This document shows, piece by piece, positions 38,021-49,468 of a stretch of 64,000 nucleotides of DNA. The notes under the pieces were generated by a model. The model ran no database searches. It was not told the DNA's origin and saw only the letters and a list, made by a program, of their open reading frames with translations. Origin of the DNA: Antedon mediterranea (lineage: Eukaryota; Animalia; Echinodermata). The position numbers and the translations under genes were made by a program. Location: positions 11,031,812 to 11,095,811 of the forward strand of contig NC_092675.1 of NCBI RefSeq assembly GCF_964355755.1, read 5' to 3'. Every line of letters begins with the position of its first letter. Position 1 is the first letter of the stretch.

Positions 38021-39780
38021 ATCTATGAGGTAGAACTGTGCAATCTGTGACAGTACTATCGTCGACGCGACACAAAAAATGATCCAGAATATGACCTTTG
38101 GCATGAGTCGGTTCCTTTACAGTTTGAATAAAATCATGATCACGTAAAATTTGTAGATACTGCGCAACAAAATTGTCTACGTGGTTATCTACGTGTACAT
38201 TCATATCCCCAACAATCAGTGGTTTTCCAGACAGACCATCAATTTCATACATGAATTCGGTAAATTCATCAATAAACTGTGAATGTTTTAATCCGTTTTC
38301 GTTCGACGGCGGCGGACGGTATACAACAATTAATCTCAGGGATTTGTTGGGATCATAAATACATCCATGCTCAAACGATTTAAAGGAACTCGAGATAGGT
38401 GATCTAATACATTTCAGCTCCGCCTTATGAATGATCACTATACCACCCCCGCTACCTTCTTTACGCGGAAAGTTATGAAAACCGTATCCGATTGGTGTGC
38501 ACTCCTGACGAACAACTGAAGCGTCTTCATCACTGAGCCAAGACTCTGTGATAACCAAAATATCAATTTCGGACTCAATTAATAGGTCGAAGATAGTTGT
38601 AGTTTTGTTGCACATAGATCGTGCATTCCAGACCTACAGAATAACATTGTTATTTGTACCGTTTTCCTGTACTAGTTTCACAGGTGCTAACACCCGTCTA
38701 CGCCTATTCGAGTTATATGTTATCCGCTTATCAACACAACGCTTCTTAACGACTGAGATAAATTCGCCAAGTCGAATGTTTATCAGTGACTGTATTCTGT
38801 TATCTACTAAGGGTGTGTTGTTTTTACGCTGTGTTAAAATACACCGAATAGGTCGATGACATTTCCTACCTGCTCTCACGCCCCTGCTTCGCCGTCGCTT
38901 AATCAAAGAAAAATTGCTACTAATCTTATCCTTCCCTGGTAAAAAATCTACTTTATTTCCATCTAACTGTCTGTCATGTATGCAGTACGACTCACATTTT
39001 TCCCGTGAAGTATTAAACAAACTAGTTGTTTTGGCCAGGCCCAGTCCCGAGAGGCATTTGTATATCATTGTCTTTCTGCAACGTCCGTGGAATGCGTAAA
39101 CGGCCGATGTAAGTCACGTGTAATGAGAACCGTGAGGCTAGAACGAGCGTCAACGAAAAACACATCAAAAGTCTCAAAATACAAGTTCAACAGCAACCAG
39201 ACAGGAACAGAAACACTTTACAAACAGCACCAAACTATAAACAGCAAAAACCCAAATGGAAAACAGCAAAAATATTGACTTAAAAATGTTTTGTTGTTTA
39301 GGCCCAGTCTCGAGGGGCACTGCAAGGTCTGTGGAATGCGTAGCGGCAGGTGGTGTAAGTCACGTGTATTGAAAGCCGTGAGGCTAGAACGGGCGTCTAC
39401 AAAAAACACGTCAAAAATCACAAATACAACACAAAAATCACCAAACAGCAACCAGACAGGTATAAAAACACTTTACAAACAACACCAAAACTATGAACAG
39501 CAAGAATCCAAATGAAAAAACAGGAAAAATATTGATTTAAAATTGTCCTGAGAGCGACAGCTTAACAGCGCTACAGAATCAGATCAAATTTTCATCTTTA
39601 CTGTAAATTTCAGTATGTTATAGCTCCTCAGAAAAAAAGTGCTACTCATGATTAAAACGTTTTCTGGAAGCTGTTGAATTCTAGATACGAATTCATGTAA
39701 AAATGTTGAATCACTGTTGTATTTTCATCTTTTGCATCATAGTTCATCACATATAAGTTCTGAAAGGAAATGTTGAGTTT

Positions 39781-39820
39781 CTCAACGTTTCGATCAATAT
39801 ACTTTGATCGTCTTCAGGAG
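39781..39820 (-). ncRNA. Orphan minimal hammerhead ribozyme (Penelope type)
   Basis: Minus strand reads CTC-CTGAAGA-C-GATCAA-AGTATA-TTGATC-GAAAC-GTT-GAG: canonical core, 6-bp stem II, ACGT stem III, CTC/GAG stem I. Confidence 0.8.
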
Positions 39821-39891
39821 TGAAATCATGTTTAATAATTCATTTGAGTTAGATAAGTTTATTCTTTACCTTTTTTTTGTTCTTCATGCAG

Positions 39892-40094
39892 TTTGCTTTT
39901 GCTAGGGTTTTGGAAAATGAAGAAAATAAGACAATCTTGAAAATAAATTTTGCCGCCATTGGGGCATCTCAATCTAAGGCCGAGACAATCAAGGAAATCA
40001 AGCGTAAAAGAACCAATTCTGGGAAATTCCTCGATGCAGTGAAAAACAAATTGAAAAAGAGAAAGTTGGTGAATACTTCAGATGAAAATGAAAG
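39892..40094 (+). CDS. Cys/His-repeat + WD40 gene, exon with basic NLS-like clusters
   Basis: tgcag| ... |gtaaca. FAFARVLENEENK...IKRKRTNSGKFLDAVKNKLKKRKLVNTSDENE. Confidence 0.8.
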
Positions 40095-40123
40095 GTAACA
40101 TTTTTCACTATTTTGGATGAGTA

Positions 40124-40256
40124 AGCCTTGTCTAGACTATCAAACTAGTTTGACAAAAAGAAAGTGTGATGTGCCCAAATATTGTTTTGATATGACATCT
40201 TTGTGTCCATATTTGGGCATATCATGTCTTTGGCACATAAAGTGTAGACAGAGCTT
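40124..40256. mobile_element. Short MITE; a related copy in opposite orientation lies at about 52123-52245
   Basis: TIR-like ends AGCCTTGTCTAGACT / AGTGTAGACAGAGCT. Shares ACTAGTTTGACAAAAA..AGTGTGATGTGC with the second copy. Confidence 0.6.
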
Positions 40257-40551
40257 TAGTAGTATGCTCATTTGATTATTAAGTAGTTTAAAATGTGTGC
40301 TACATTTGTATTACTAAAATGTTTGTTTTCTAGAAATTTTGTATCCATCTCAGTTGTTGTAAGAATTTCAAAAGTTGACTTACAAAAAAAAATGTAAAAG
40401 GATAAGGTAAATCATCCATGCAATTCCATACGTTTCTTGTACTCTCCCAAAACTTTGTATGATTTACTTAATTAATAATTAATTAATTAAATATGAAACT
40501 CTCCTATTTATAAAATATTAATATATGACTAAAACTATGTTGTCTTTGCAG

Positions 40552-40677
40552 TGATGAATTGAAATCTGAGGAATCTGCAAATTGTTCAGATTGTGAATCT
40601 TCCTTTACTAAATTCAAGAATAAATTTAAGCGCAAATCAGAAGAGCTTCACGACGCACCTGACATAGTTTGCAATAG
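40552..40677 (+). CDS. Cys/His-repeat + WD40 gene, exon
   Basis: ttgcag| ... |gtgatt, phase 2 to 2. DELKSEESANCSDCESSFTKFKNKFKRKSEELHDAPDIVCN. Confidence 0.75.
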
Positions 40678-40863
40678 GTGATTGGTCACATTCATGACAT
40701 TTATTTATCAAAACATAAGATAAAAAAATGACAGGGAACGTAACTAGAAGATAGAACATCTTTTTATAGATAATGTATTTAAAGAACTGCAAACAAAGAA
40801 ATAATGAATTTCAGTACTGTAGCTTTGAGGTTAATTTACCTACTTTGTACTTATTTTTTTAAG

Positions 40864-41006
40864 CATTCATGATTTTTTAAAACGACCTACAACTCTTGAA
40901 GAACAAACATCATCTGTAATAAATGACTTAATGGATTCTACAAAGGAAATTAGTATTGAACTGACTAAAAGTGATGTTAACGCTCTAGCATGGGGAAAGT
41001 CTGTGG
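40864..41006 (+). CDS. Cys/His-repeat + WD40 gene, exon (start of WD40 region)
   Basis: tttaag| ... |gtgagt. IHDFLKRP...TKSDVNALAWGKSV, phase 2 to 1. Confidence 0.8.
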
Positions 41007-41107
41007 GTGAGTAACCTCCACCACCCTGATTGGTGGATAAGTTGATCAATGTATACATCTTGGTCAAACAATTAAAATAACTGACCAGCTCATTTCCCTC
41101 TTTACAG

Positions 41108-41231
41108 ATGATACTAATACCTTACTTGCTGTAGGATTTCAAGATGGTAGCCTGATGATTTATACAGTTTCTGTTGGTATGGCAATGAAATTGGAAAAGT
41201 ATAACTATGATGGCATGGAACCTGTTTCAAA
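41108..41231 (+). CDS. Cys/His-repeat + WD40 gene, WD40-like exon
   Basis: ttacag| ... |gtaatc. DDTNTLLAVGFQDGSLMIYTV...MEPVS, phase 1 to 2. Confidence 0.85.
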
Positions 41232-41618
41232 GTAATCTTTATCACCATAATGTTGACCTGTTTATGTTTATTATGTTCGAAAAATGTTTGTATCTGGTTT
41301 TATATTTATACATTTCTTTACGTTAAACGAGTAATATACGTATGTGTGAAATGTTTGGATTTGTTATTAACAAATCTTCATCTAGTGGTGACTGGATGTT
41401 AGTGGTTGCTAGGAGTAGCTTTGCTAGTTGTAGAGCAGCAAACCCAGTCCAAGATTAGTTGACGTACGTATCTAGTTCACTGGTTTAAATTAAGAAGTGT
41501 ATACAATACAATATATATTGTGTTCATAATTCCCCATTATACTAAATATTTGAACCTAGCTAGTGGTTTAATCTACTCATGTACCATATTAAACCAATTC
41601 ATTTTATCTTTGTTGTAG

Positions 41619-41783
41619 ATTGTTGTGGATACAACACTCTAATACAAGGTTTGTAGCAGTTGGTCACATCAATGGCCAAGTGAGCCTTATGAAAGTTACA
41701 GATCATGGTACATCAAAATCATGTGTGCTACAAAATGAGAATAAGAAGAAGGTGACCGCTATTGCTGAATCTCCATCAGGATG
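41619..41783 (+). CDS. Cys/His-repeat + WD40 gene, WD40-like exon
   Basis: ttgtag| ... |gtaaat. LLWIQHSNTRFVAVGHINGQVSLMKV...KVTAIAESPSG, phase 2 to 2. Confidence 0.85.
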
Positions 41784-42383
41784 GTAAATACAGATCTTTA
41801 TAGGCCAGTTGTCTTGTAAAGGCAACTTCTGAAACTGGACTCCCTGAAATTACCTATCTGCACCTTGTTAATATTAATGTTACAAATATTTAACATTTCA
41901 CCTTTTTGAAGAAGCAGATTTTTAGGCCAAATTGGTGAAAATTGACTGTACTCTCATTAAAAATTTGTCCTAAACATATTTGTTGTACTTGTACCATACA
42001 GTAGTTAGTTTACAATTTTAATACTAATACTGTAGCTGTATGATTTTGCATTGATTTTATTAAATTAAGTTTTTTAGATGGATTTATGCATACAAGTAAA
42101 TGAATAAACTGTATTATAGGCAGAAGAAAGTGTTTTAGGCATGAATGAGTGGTCTCCACTAGGATGCAATGCAAGTAATTGCTGTCACTTGTGATACTGT
42201 ATTACAAGTGATAGAGCATTCATGTGTTATTGGTTTAATTACTTATTCCATGCCTAGCATCCTAGTGCGAAACAAACTTACATTGCTTTTACCACTTTGT
42301 GTTGATGGTCAGTGTTTGGACATACACTATACTGTACTGTATGTGCATACACACACAAGTAAAAAAATCACCTTTTATTTTAG

Positions 42384-42521
42384 CTGTATATGTGTTGGTC
42401 AGCAAAATGGCAGCATTTCATTCTACTTGATTGACTATAATGAAGCCAAACCAAAGCTACTTTCAGCATCTAGTATATCTTATGGTGCTGTACAAAGCAT
42501 AGCCTGGCATCCAACTAAAAA
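42384..42521 (+). CDS. Cys/His-repeat + WD40 gene, WD40-like exon (last confidently placed)
   Basis: ttttag| ... |gtaaga. CICVGQQNGSISFYLI...GAVQSIAWHPTK. The gene continues, but later exons were not resolved. Confidence 0.85.
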
Positions 42522-43935
42522 GTAAGAATATGGAATTTTCATGAAACACATAAACCTTGACTTCAACGATGACATACAACACATTTGCGCATGCCTATTT
42601 ACCAGAATCATAAATTAAGAACCTAATTTCTAAAAAATTGTTGGTGTCATAAAGCATAAAAGTATTTATGGAATACTGTACACTGTATATGTTATATTCA
42701 GTGTAGCATAGGTGGGTACCCATCTTTTAATCCAATTTTTAACATGATGACCATCAAAAGGTAACATAAAGATAGCAATTTTAGAAGGTAACAATTAAAT
42801 TAATGAAAATTTGTCATGACATCCAATAGACAAAATTTGTATATGAATTCATATTTGCAATTCAACAACTTTCATAACAAGTTTTAAACATGTTGGTCAC
42901 TTTTCATTTCAAGAAGCTATAACAGATTGAAATATAGTTTATAGATGAAATTAAGTAAGTCACGTTATTCTGATTTTTTTGACGTAATAAAAATTCAAAT
43001 TTGTCTAACTCATGTGAAAGAGAATTGATTAAAAAAGAACATATTAAAATCTAGGATAAAATGAGAAACGCATTAGCGTGATGCACTCTATTCAACTGGA
43101 TTAACTAGTACGAAAGAGAAAAATATCCTATTTTAAAAATTTGAGTGGCCATTATGGTGATGTCAGAACTGATGACTAGAATTAATATCTACAACTAATC
43201 AGCTTCCATACAGTAGTACATTAAAATAGGGTCACCAGCCATCCTGAGGTGCTATAACCAATGAAAAATAGGTATATGTTTTTCACAAATTTGCATTAAA
43301 TTACCTATTTTTTAGCACACGATTATTAAAGTTTAACGTGCATATACATCGTTATTTTGTAATTAAAGTTCATAAAATAAAATAAAATCTACTATAGAAG
43401 GTATGAAAAACAAAAATGAATTGCAAAACCATTTTTCTACGCTTTGTATGAGTTGTGCAAAACATAAAAAAATGTGAACATTTTGAAATGCTCAAAATGA
43501 CCTGAATTGTACACGAAATTGATTGAAATTAATTTTGCGCATTTTTAAATTAAAAATACGGGTCATTGCGTAATTTTTTGCATAGCACGCTATTTTTATT
43601 AGTTATTTGCACCTTGGCGGATAAATCCTTGTCATTGTTTTATGAGATCATCAACTTTTTTTTGGTTATCGGCAACTTTTGTTGTGGATAACCCCTTGTT
43701 ATTGTCAGGATCTTTTTTTTCATATTTTATTCTTTCTTTCCACAAATTTTGTTCAACATAAGATTGTATAAATGTGTCAGAAGATTGACCTGTAACTGTA
43801 GAGTGCAAGAAACCTTGTTATATGACGTTAGATTCGCGCAGCGCAAGTTATTTATTTATGGTAGATCATTAATTTCAAAGCAACATTTATTTTCTCTTTT
43901 CATATACATAATTGATTTCAATGAACAATATATAT

Positions 43936-46900
43936 TTATTTCATTTCATTTCATTTCATTTATTTATTTCACTTTACAAATATATAAATATAAGTGGAGG
44001 AGCCTAAAAGAAAGCAAAGCTTGTGGTGAATAGGCTCCTCAAAACAAAACAAATAAAATATAAATAATATAACACAATTAGAAACTCCAAAAAAACAACA
44101 ATTAAACTAATATCTTTTCTCTAACACATAAGTTTAACATGTTTAAAAATAGATTATATAAATTATTTAAGAAATATCAAATATATCAATAATAAAAGAA
44201 TTTACAAAGAACCTTCAACCAATAATAGTTTAAATTGACGTTTAAATAAAGCACAGTTATGAGATTTTTTAAGAGATAAAGGAAGAGAATTCCAGAGTTT
44301 AGGTCCAGTGTATACAAGGGTATTCATTTTAAGACTAGTTCGAGTAAATGGCAGGTGATACTGATCTTTTTGTCTTGTTTGGTGATTGTGGTATTGTTTA
44401 TTTTGAGTGAATTTACTGGATATTATAGGTGGTAAGTGTCCGGCGGTTAATTGAAACATGATGACACCAACATTAAATCTATAGAGATCCTCAATTTTTA
44501 ATATTTTATTTTTTTGAAAGAGATCTTGGGTGTGAGCACGAAAAGTTACCCCTGAGATAATTCTGAAAGCTCGTTTCTGGATTAATAAAATTTTAGTAAT
44601 AATTGATTTTGAAGCATTTCCCCAAGCAAGAACACCATAATTTAAGTACGATAAAATAAGAGTAGAATATAAAATATTTAATACTTTTTGAGGAAATATT
44701 GATTTCAATTTATACATCATGCCAACATTTTTTGATAATAATTTGCAAAGGTAATTAACATGGGCTTTCCAGTCAAGTCTGTCGTCAATAAATATACCAA
44801 GAAATTTTGTGTTGGTTATTTGATTAATAGGAACATTGTTGAAAATAATATCTTTTGGTAACATATACTACAGTATATTTGTTACTAAACAACATAAAAT
44901 TGGTTTTTAGCATATTTAGTGATAGCTTGTTTGCATGTATCCAAGTAGTAACCTTTTTTAGTTCTTGATTAACGATGTCACAGAGACTATCTGGATCATC
45001 ATGTGAATAAAACAGACTTGAATCATCCGCAAACAGTATTGACGACATGACATTAGATATATTATTGAAATCATTTGCATAAATTATGAAGAGAAGTGGG
45101 CCCCAGAATCGAACCCTGGGGGACACCACATGTAACAGGTCTGCAGCTTGATTCAAAATTATTTAATGATACAAATTGTTGCCTATCAGAAAGGTAACTT
45201 CTAAACCATTTTTGAGCCAGCCCTCTAATTCCATAGTTTGATAATTTATGCAGTAAGATTTCATGATTAACAGTATCGAAAGCTTTGGAGTAATCGAGGA
45301 AAATACCAATTGTATGCGTATGATTATCTAAGGCTGATGTAATCATGTCAACGAAGTGTAAAATGGCATGTGACGTAGTGTGCTTTTCTCTAAATCCAAA
45401 TTGAATGTTTGAAAAAATATTACACTGGTTTAAAAAATGTAAAGTCCGCATATATACAAGCTTTTCTAAAATTTTTGAAAATGATGTCAATAGTGAAATT
45501 GGTCGGTAATTTGATGCTTCTTGAGGACTTCCTTTCTTTAATAAAGGAATTACTTTCGCAATTTTCATTCTTTTAGGGACACACCCGTTACATATTGAAA
45601 GATTATATATATGAGTTAAAGGCGTTACAATGTTGGGAATAATGCTTTTAATTAAATCATTGCTTATTCCATCAAATCCAGGACTTTTTTTTTTCTTAAG
45701 GGTATTTACACTATCAATAACGTCCATTTCCGTTATTGGAACAAAAAAAATACTGTTTTTATTCGGATCATTCATATAACTATGAAAAGATTTGTTTGTA
45801 GTTGGAATCGATTGTGCTAAGGAAGTGCCAATATTTGAGAAATATTCATTGAGGTGTTCAACTATGATCTGTTTGTCATCGATAGTTTGACCATTAATTT
45901 TTAATTTTCCGATCGCTTTGTGACTTTGGTTGGGATTCAATACAGAATTTATCACTTTCCACGTTCCTCTTATATCATTGTATACGGATTGAAATTGACC
46001 GAAAAAATAGTCTTTCTTAGCAGAACGTATTAAGGATGTAAGAATATTTTTATATTTGTTATATTTCGTCTTAGATTCGAGTGTTTTAGAAATTTTAAAT
46101 TTATAAAAAAGTTTGTTCTTCTTATTTATTGATTTTAATATAGACCTTGATATCCATGGCATACGAGGGATTTTTTTACGACTTCTGACACGACTTGCCC
46201 TTCATTTTGAAGAAATTTAAGTCTTTCCATAAATACATCAAAAGACTTGTTAGCGTCATTTTCATCTAGAACTAATTGCCAATCAGAGTTTGCCAAACGT
46301 TCTTTAAATTGAGCCAACGATTGGGGATTAAAAGAGTAGATTGTCTTATTACAATGACAGTTACAATGTTGATTAAACGTTAGCGAAGTTTTTGCAAATA
46401 TCGGAAAATGATCCGATATATCGGATACAATAATTCCCGAGACCGGGAAAGGGTGGATATTGCTAAAAATATTGTCAAGTAACGTAGATGAAGTATCAGT
46501 TACACGTGTGGGTTTGGTAATAAGTGGAATAAGTGAAAATGAAATTAATGTATCTAGAAATTCACTAATGCGTGCATTTTCATCGTGATGTAGTAAATTT
46601 AAATTAAAATCGCCCATAATAAACACATTTTTATTTGTTAATGCTTGATGTGAAAGAATGTTTTCAATTTCAGTGTTAAATAATGATATGTTACTTTGTG
46701 GTGGTCTCTACACGACTCTAACGACAATATTTTTTTTATTAGGACATCTGATTTCTACAAAAATAGATTCCAATATGTCATTCATAAATTGTAATTCAGA
46801 TAATTCTTGGCAATCGAAGGTAGAAGGCAAGTATATTGCTACACCACCTCCACGTTGATCGCCAGGTCTACTGTATGTTAACAAATTATAGCCAGGGAGT

Positions 46901-47850
46901 GAGTAAAGGTTATGTGAAGAATCAGATAGCCAAGTCTCTGTGAGACCAACAATTGTAGGAGCAGAATCAATATGTGATAAAAAAGAATTATAGAGGTGGT
47001 CAAAATTTGTATTCATGCTACGGATATTGAAGTGTAGTAATGAAATTTGGTTTGTATCCGATGCAAAATGTTCATGAAATTTGTGTTCAGTGAGGTATTC
47101 ACAATTTAAAGGAAAAAACCCTTGATCATGAAATGTGTCATAATCAAGGTATGAATTAGTAATGTTAAAATCAATCATAATATATATGCATAGTAATATT
47201 AATATTTAAGATATTTATAATACTTTGTGTTAGCATTTTTTTGGAGTAAATAATAAATAGAGAAAAAATAATAATAAATAAAATAAGATATATAATAAAG
47301 TATTTTCTTTCTGACGTTCGAGCTTATTCAGTTGTTTTTGCATCGTTGACAACTTCAATTTTTCATTTCCAACATCAGCCGAAACATCTTTAATTTTCGC
47401 ATCTAAAGTAGCAGTTTTATTTTTTAAATCCGATATTGAAGCACATGCGAATTCAATTGATTTTTCAAACTCAGACTGCTTGGTTTCAAGTGTGTCCATC
47501 CTCGTAAGCATGGTTTGTTGGTTACGCAAGACCGAATCCAGCTGGTCACGAATACCGCGCAGATCTGTTGTTAGTCCTACAAGTTCACGCCTCAATAGCT
47601 CTGTATCGGTTTCGGCGACAGCGGCTTCCAGTATTGGTGGCTCAGGTGATGTTGGGGCTAGGACTATTTCCTTCTTTTTTGGCATTCTGACTTAAAATTT
47701 CACCGTGTAATTAAGATGTGGTATACTACAAATGAAATACTCACAGTTCAAATATACTTAGACTTGATGATAGTTAGATATTAGTAACGTTTTAGAGGAT
47801 ATTTAGCGGAGCTGCTACGACTAACCATTCATTCACATGCCATGTTGTCA
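43936..47850 (-). mobile_element. Crack/L2-group LINE with truncated coiled-coil ORF1 (47230-47685) and frameshifted APE-RT ORF2 (44202-47178)
   Basis: APE motifs HFNIRS, LTETW, GDFN, SDHFP. RT motifs NYRPISLL, DYSKAFDTVNH, GVPQGSILGP, FADD. 3' stem-loop GAGGAGCCTA...TAGGCTCCTC and (TGAAA)n tail. Confidence 0.92.
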
Positions 47851-47854
47851 AAAA

Positions 47855-48480
47855 TTTAAACAAAATTTAGAAAGAAGAAGGTACAAGCCCAGAAAGATGA
47901 AAAACACATCTTGTGGAGGGCGTACCTTTCACTGACACAGACAATAAAAATTCAAAAAAATAAATAATAAATAAATAAATAAAAAATTGACCGAAGAATA
48001 ATTAAAATATTTGGGAATAAAGTGACTTTTAAGTTTAGATAAAAATGATTTACTAGAAACAGAGTTTAAGATAGGGAGTGGCAGATCAGTCCAAAAAGTG
48101 GGTCCGGAATACCTAATGTTGTGTTGAAAGTGGTTGGTTTTATGGGTTGGAATATGTAATTTTGAACTAATACGGGTATTATGATAATGAATTGAAGAAT
48201 TAGGAGTGAACATGGAGCAAATATATTTGGAAAGCTTAGAATTAATAGAAGAAAAGATGAAAGAGCCTTGTTGTGTTAGATTGATATCAAAGACTTTGAG
48301 AAGAAAAGATGAGATGAATAAGACAGGGGTGGGGTGCCAGATATAACTATGATGGCCTTTTTTTTGAAGAGTTTGAAGTTTGTTAATATTGGAAGGATAA
48401 GAGTTGCACCAGACAATATTTCAATAGTTAAGATAAGGCAGGATAAGTGAGCAGTAAAGATGACGAAGAATGTTAATTCT
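47855..48480 (-). pseudogene. 3' fragment of another decayed Crack/L2-group LINE
   Basis: Remnants HYHNTRISSKLHIP..IRYSGPTFWTDLP, similar to the C-termini of the LINEs at 32.5 kb and 44.2 kb. Confidence 0.7.
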
Positions 48481-48709
48481 GAACGATAATTCATTTTTAA
48501 TGAAACTTTACAAAAGTTTATTTCATAATATAGAGCAAATTTTGTCAATTTGATGACGTCATCGTGTAAATAATTGGATTTAAAAGATGGGTCTCGTAAT
48601 TTCATTTATGCTACACTGTATATAACACATACAGTGTATTCAAACACTGTAAACATATTTAATTAATCATAGAATGGCATAATAATTGTCGATGTTCATA
48701 TAGTTTAAC

Positions 48710-49415
48710 GTATGCATGTTGCGTTTGCGCGGATAACCTGAACTTGTCAAAGTGACGAGTTCAAATCTAGTTCTCTATTATTCTTCTTTCTTTCCACCCT
48801 ATTTTTTGCGTCGCGTTTCTTTAAAACGTGTTAACATAACATTTCGTAACTTTGTCAATATATCGACATTTACGTTTTTTTAAAACATCAGAGTTGCGCA
48901 ACATGACTTGCTCATGAATTTCAATGATTGATCATAGATTAAAAACCAAACATCATTTTGTATTGACACTTGGTGAACTTTCTGTAAATTTAAAATTTAC
49001 ACACAAAGTTACGCGCACATATGCATTCAAAATTGCACAAAATTAATTTCAACTTTCTACGCAAATCATGGCATTTATTTTGTGCATTTCAAAAATTCTC
49101 ATGCGCAGAAACTTTTTTACGCGTATGGCGCCCTCGGAGTATAAAAAACATTATTTTTCACTTGATTTATATTTTTCCAGCTTTTTCTAGTAATTAAACA
49201 AAAAATTAGACAATTTCCACTTGAAATGACATCATACGAGCATCAATCTGTGTGTGATTTAGTTAAACATTTACAAAATATTGTCAAAATCATTTTTAAT
49301 CTATTATAGATAACTGTAGATTTGAACTCGTCACTTTGACGTGTTCGGGTTATCCGCAGAAATGCAACAGGCACATCTGTCTAAGATCCTGGTCGGCCAA
49401 GAGCGGATAACCAAT
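48710..49415. mobile_element. Non-autonomous element with subterminal inverted repeats (HINE/DINE-1-like); related ends at about 34576 and 43598
   Basis: GCGGATAACCTGAACTTGTCAAAGTGACGAGTTCAAATCT is inverted at about 49318-49357. TTATCCGC/GCGGATAA motifs recur. Confidence 0.55.
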
Positions 49416-49468
49416 TAACCCAAGTATATTAAAGCAACAAAGATGTGTTATAATGCAAATTACTATAA

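Larger units (their letters stand above)
34813..39575 (-). mobile_element. L2-clade LINE, near full length, disrupted by Kolobok and SINE insertions and a frameshift
   Basis: APE at 37959-38615 (ITESW, VYRPP, GDMN, GHILD). RT at 34914-36684 (DLSAALDTVDH, GVPQG, YADDTQLY, LHWLPV). L2-type tail AAAGCGCTTTG...AAAGCGCTATATAAAT(AAT)n. Confidence 0.93.

Noticed and set aside
40334-40406. Additional exon with good splice signals
   Set aside because: It has an in-frame TAA in the required phase, and 40094 joins 40552 cleanly without it.
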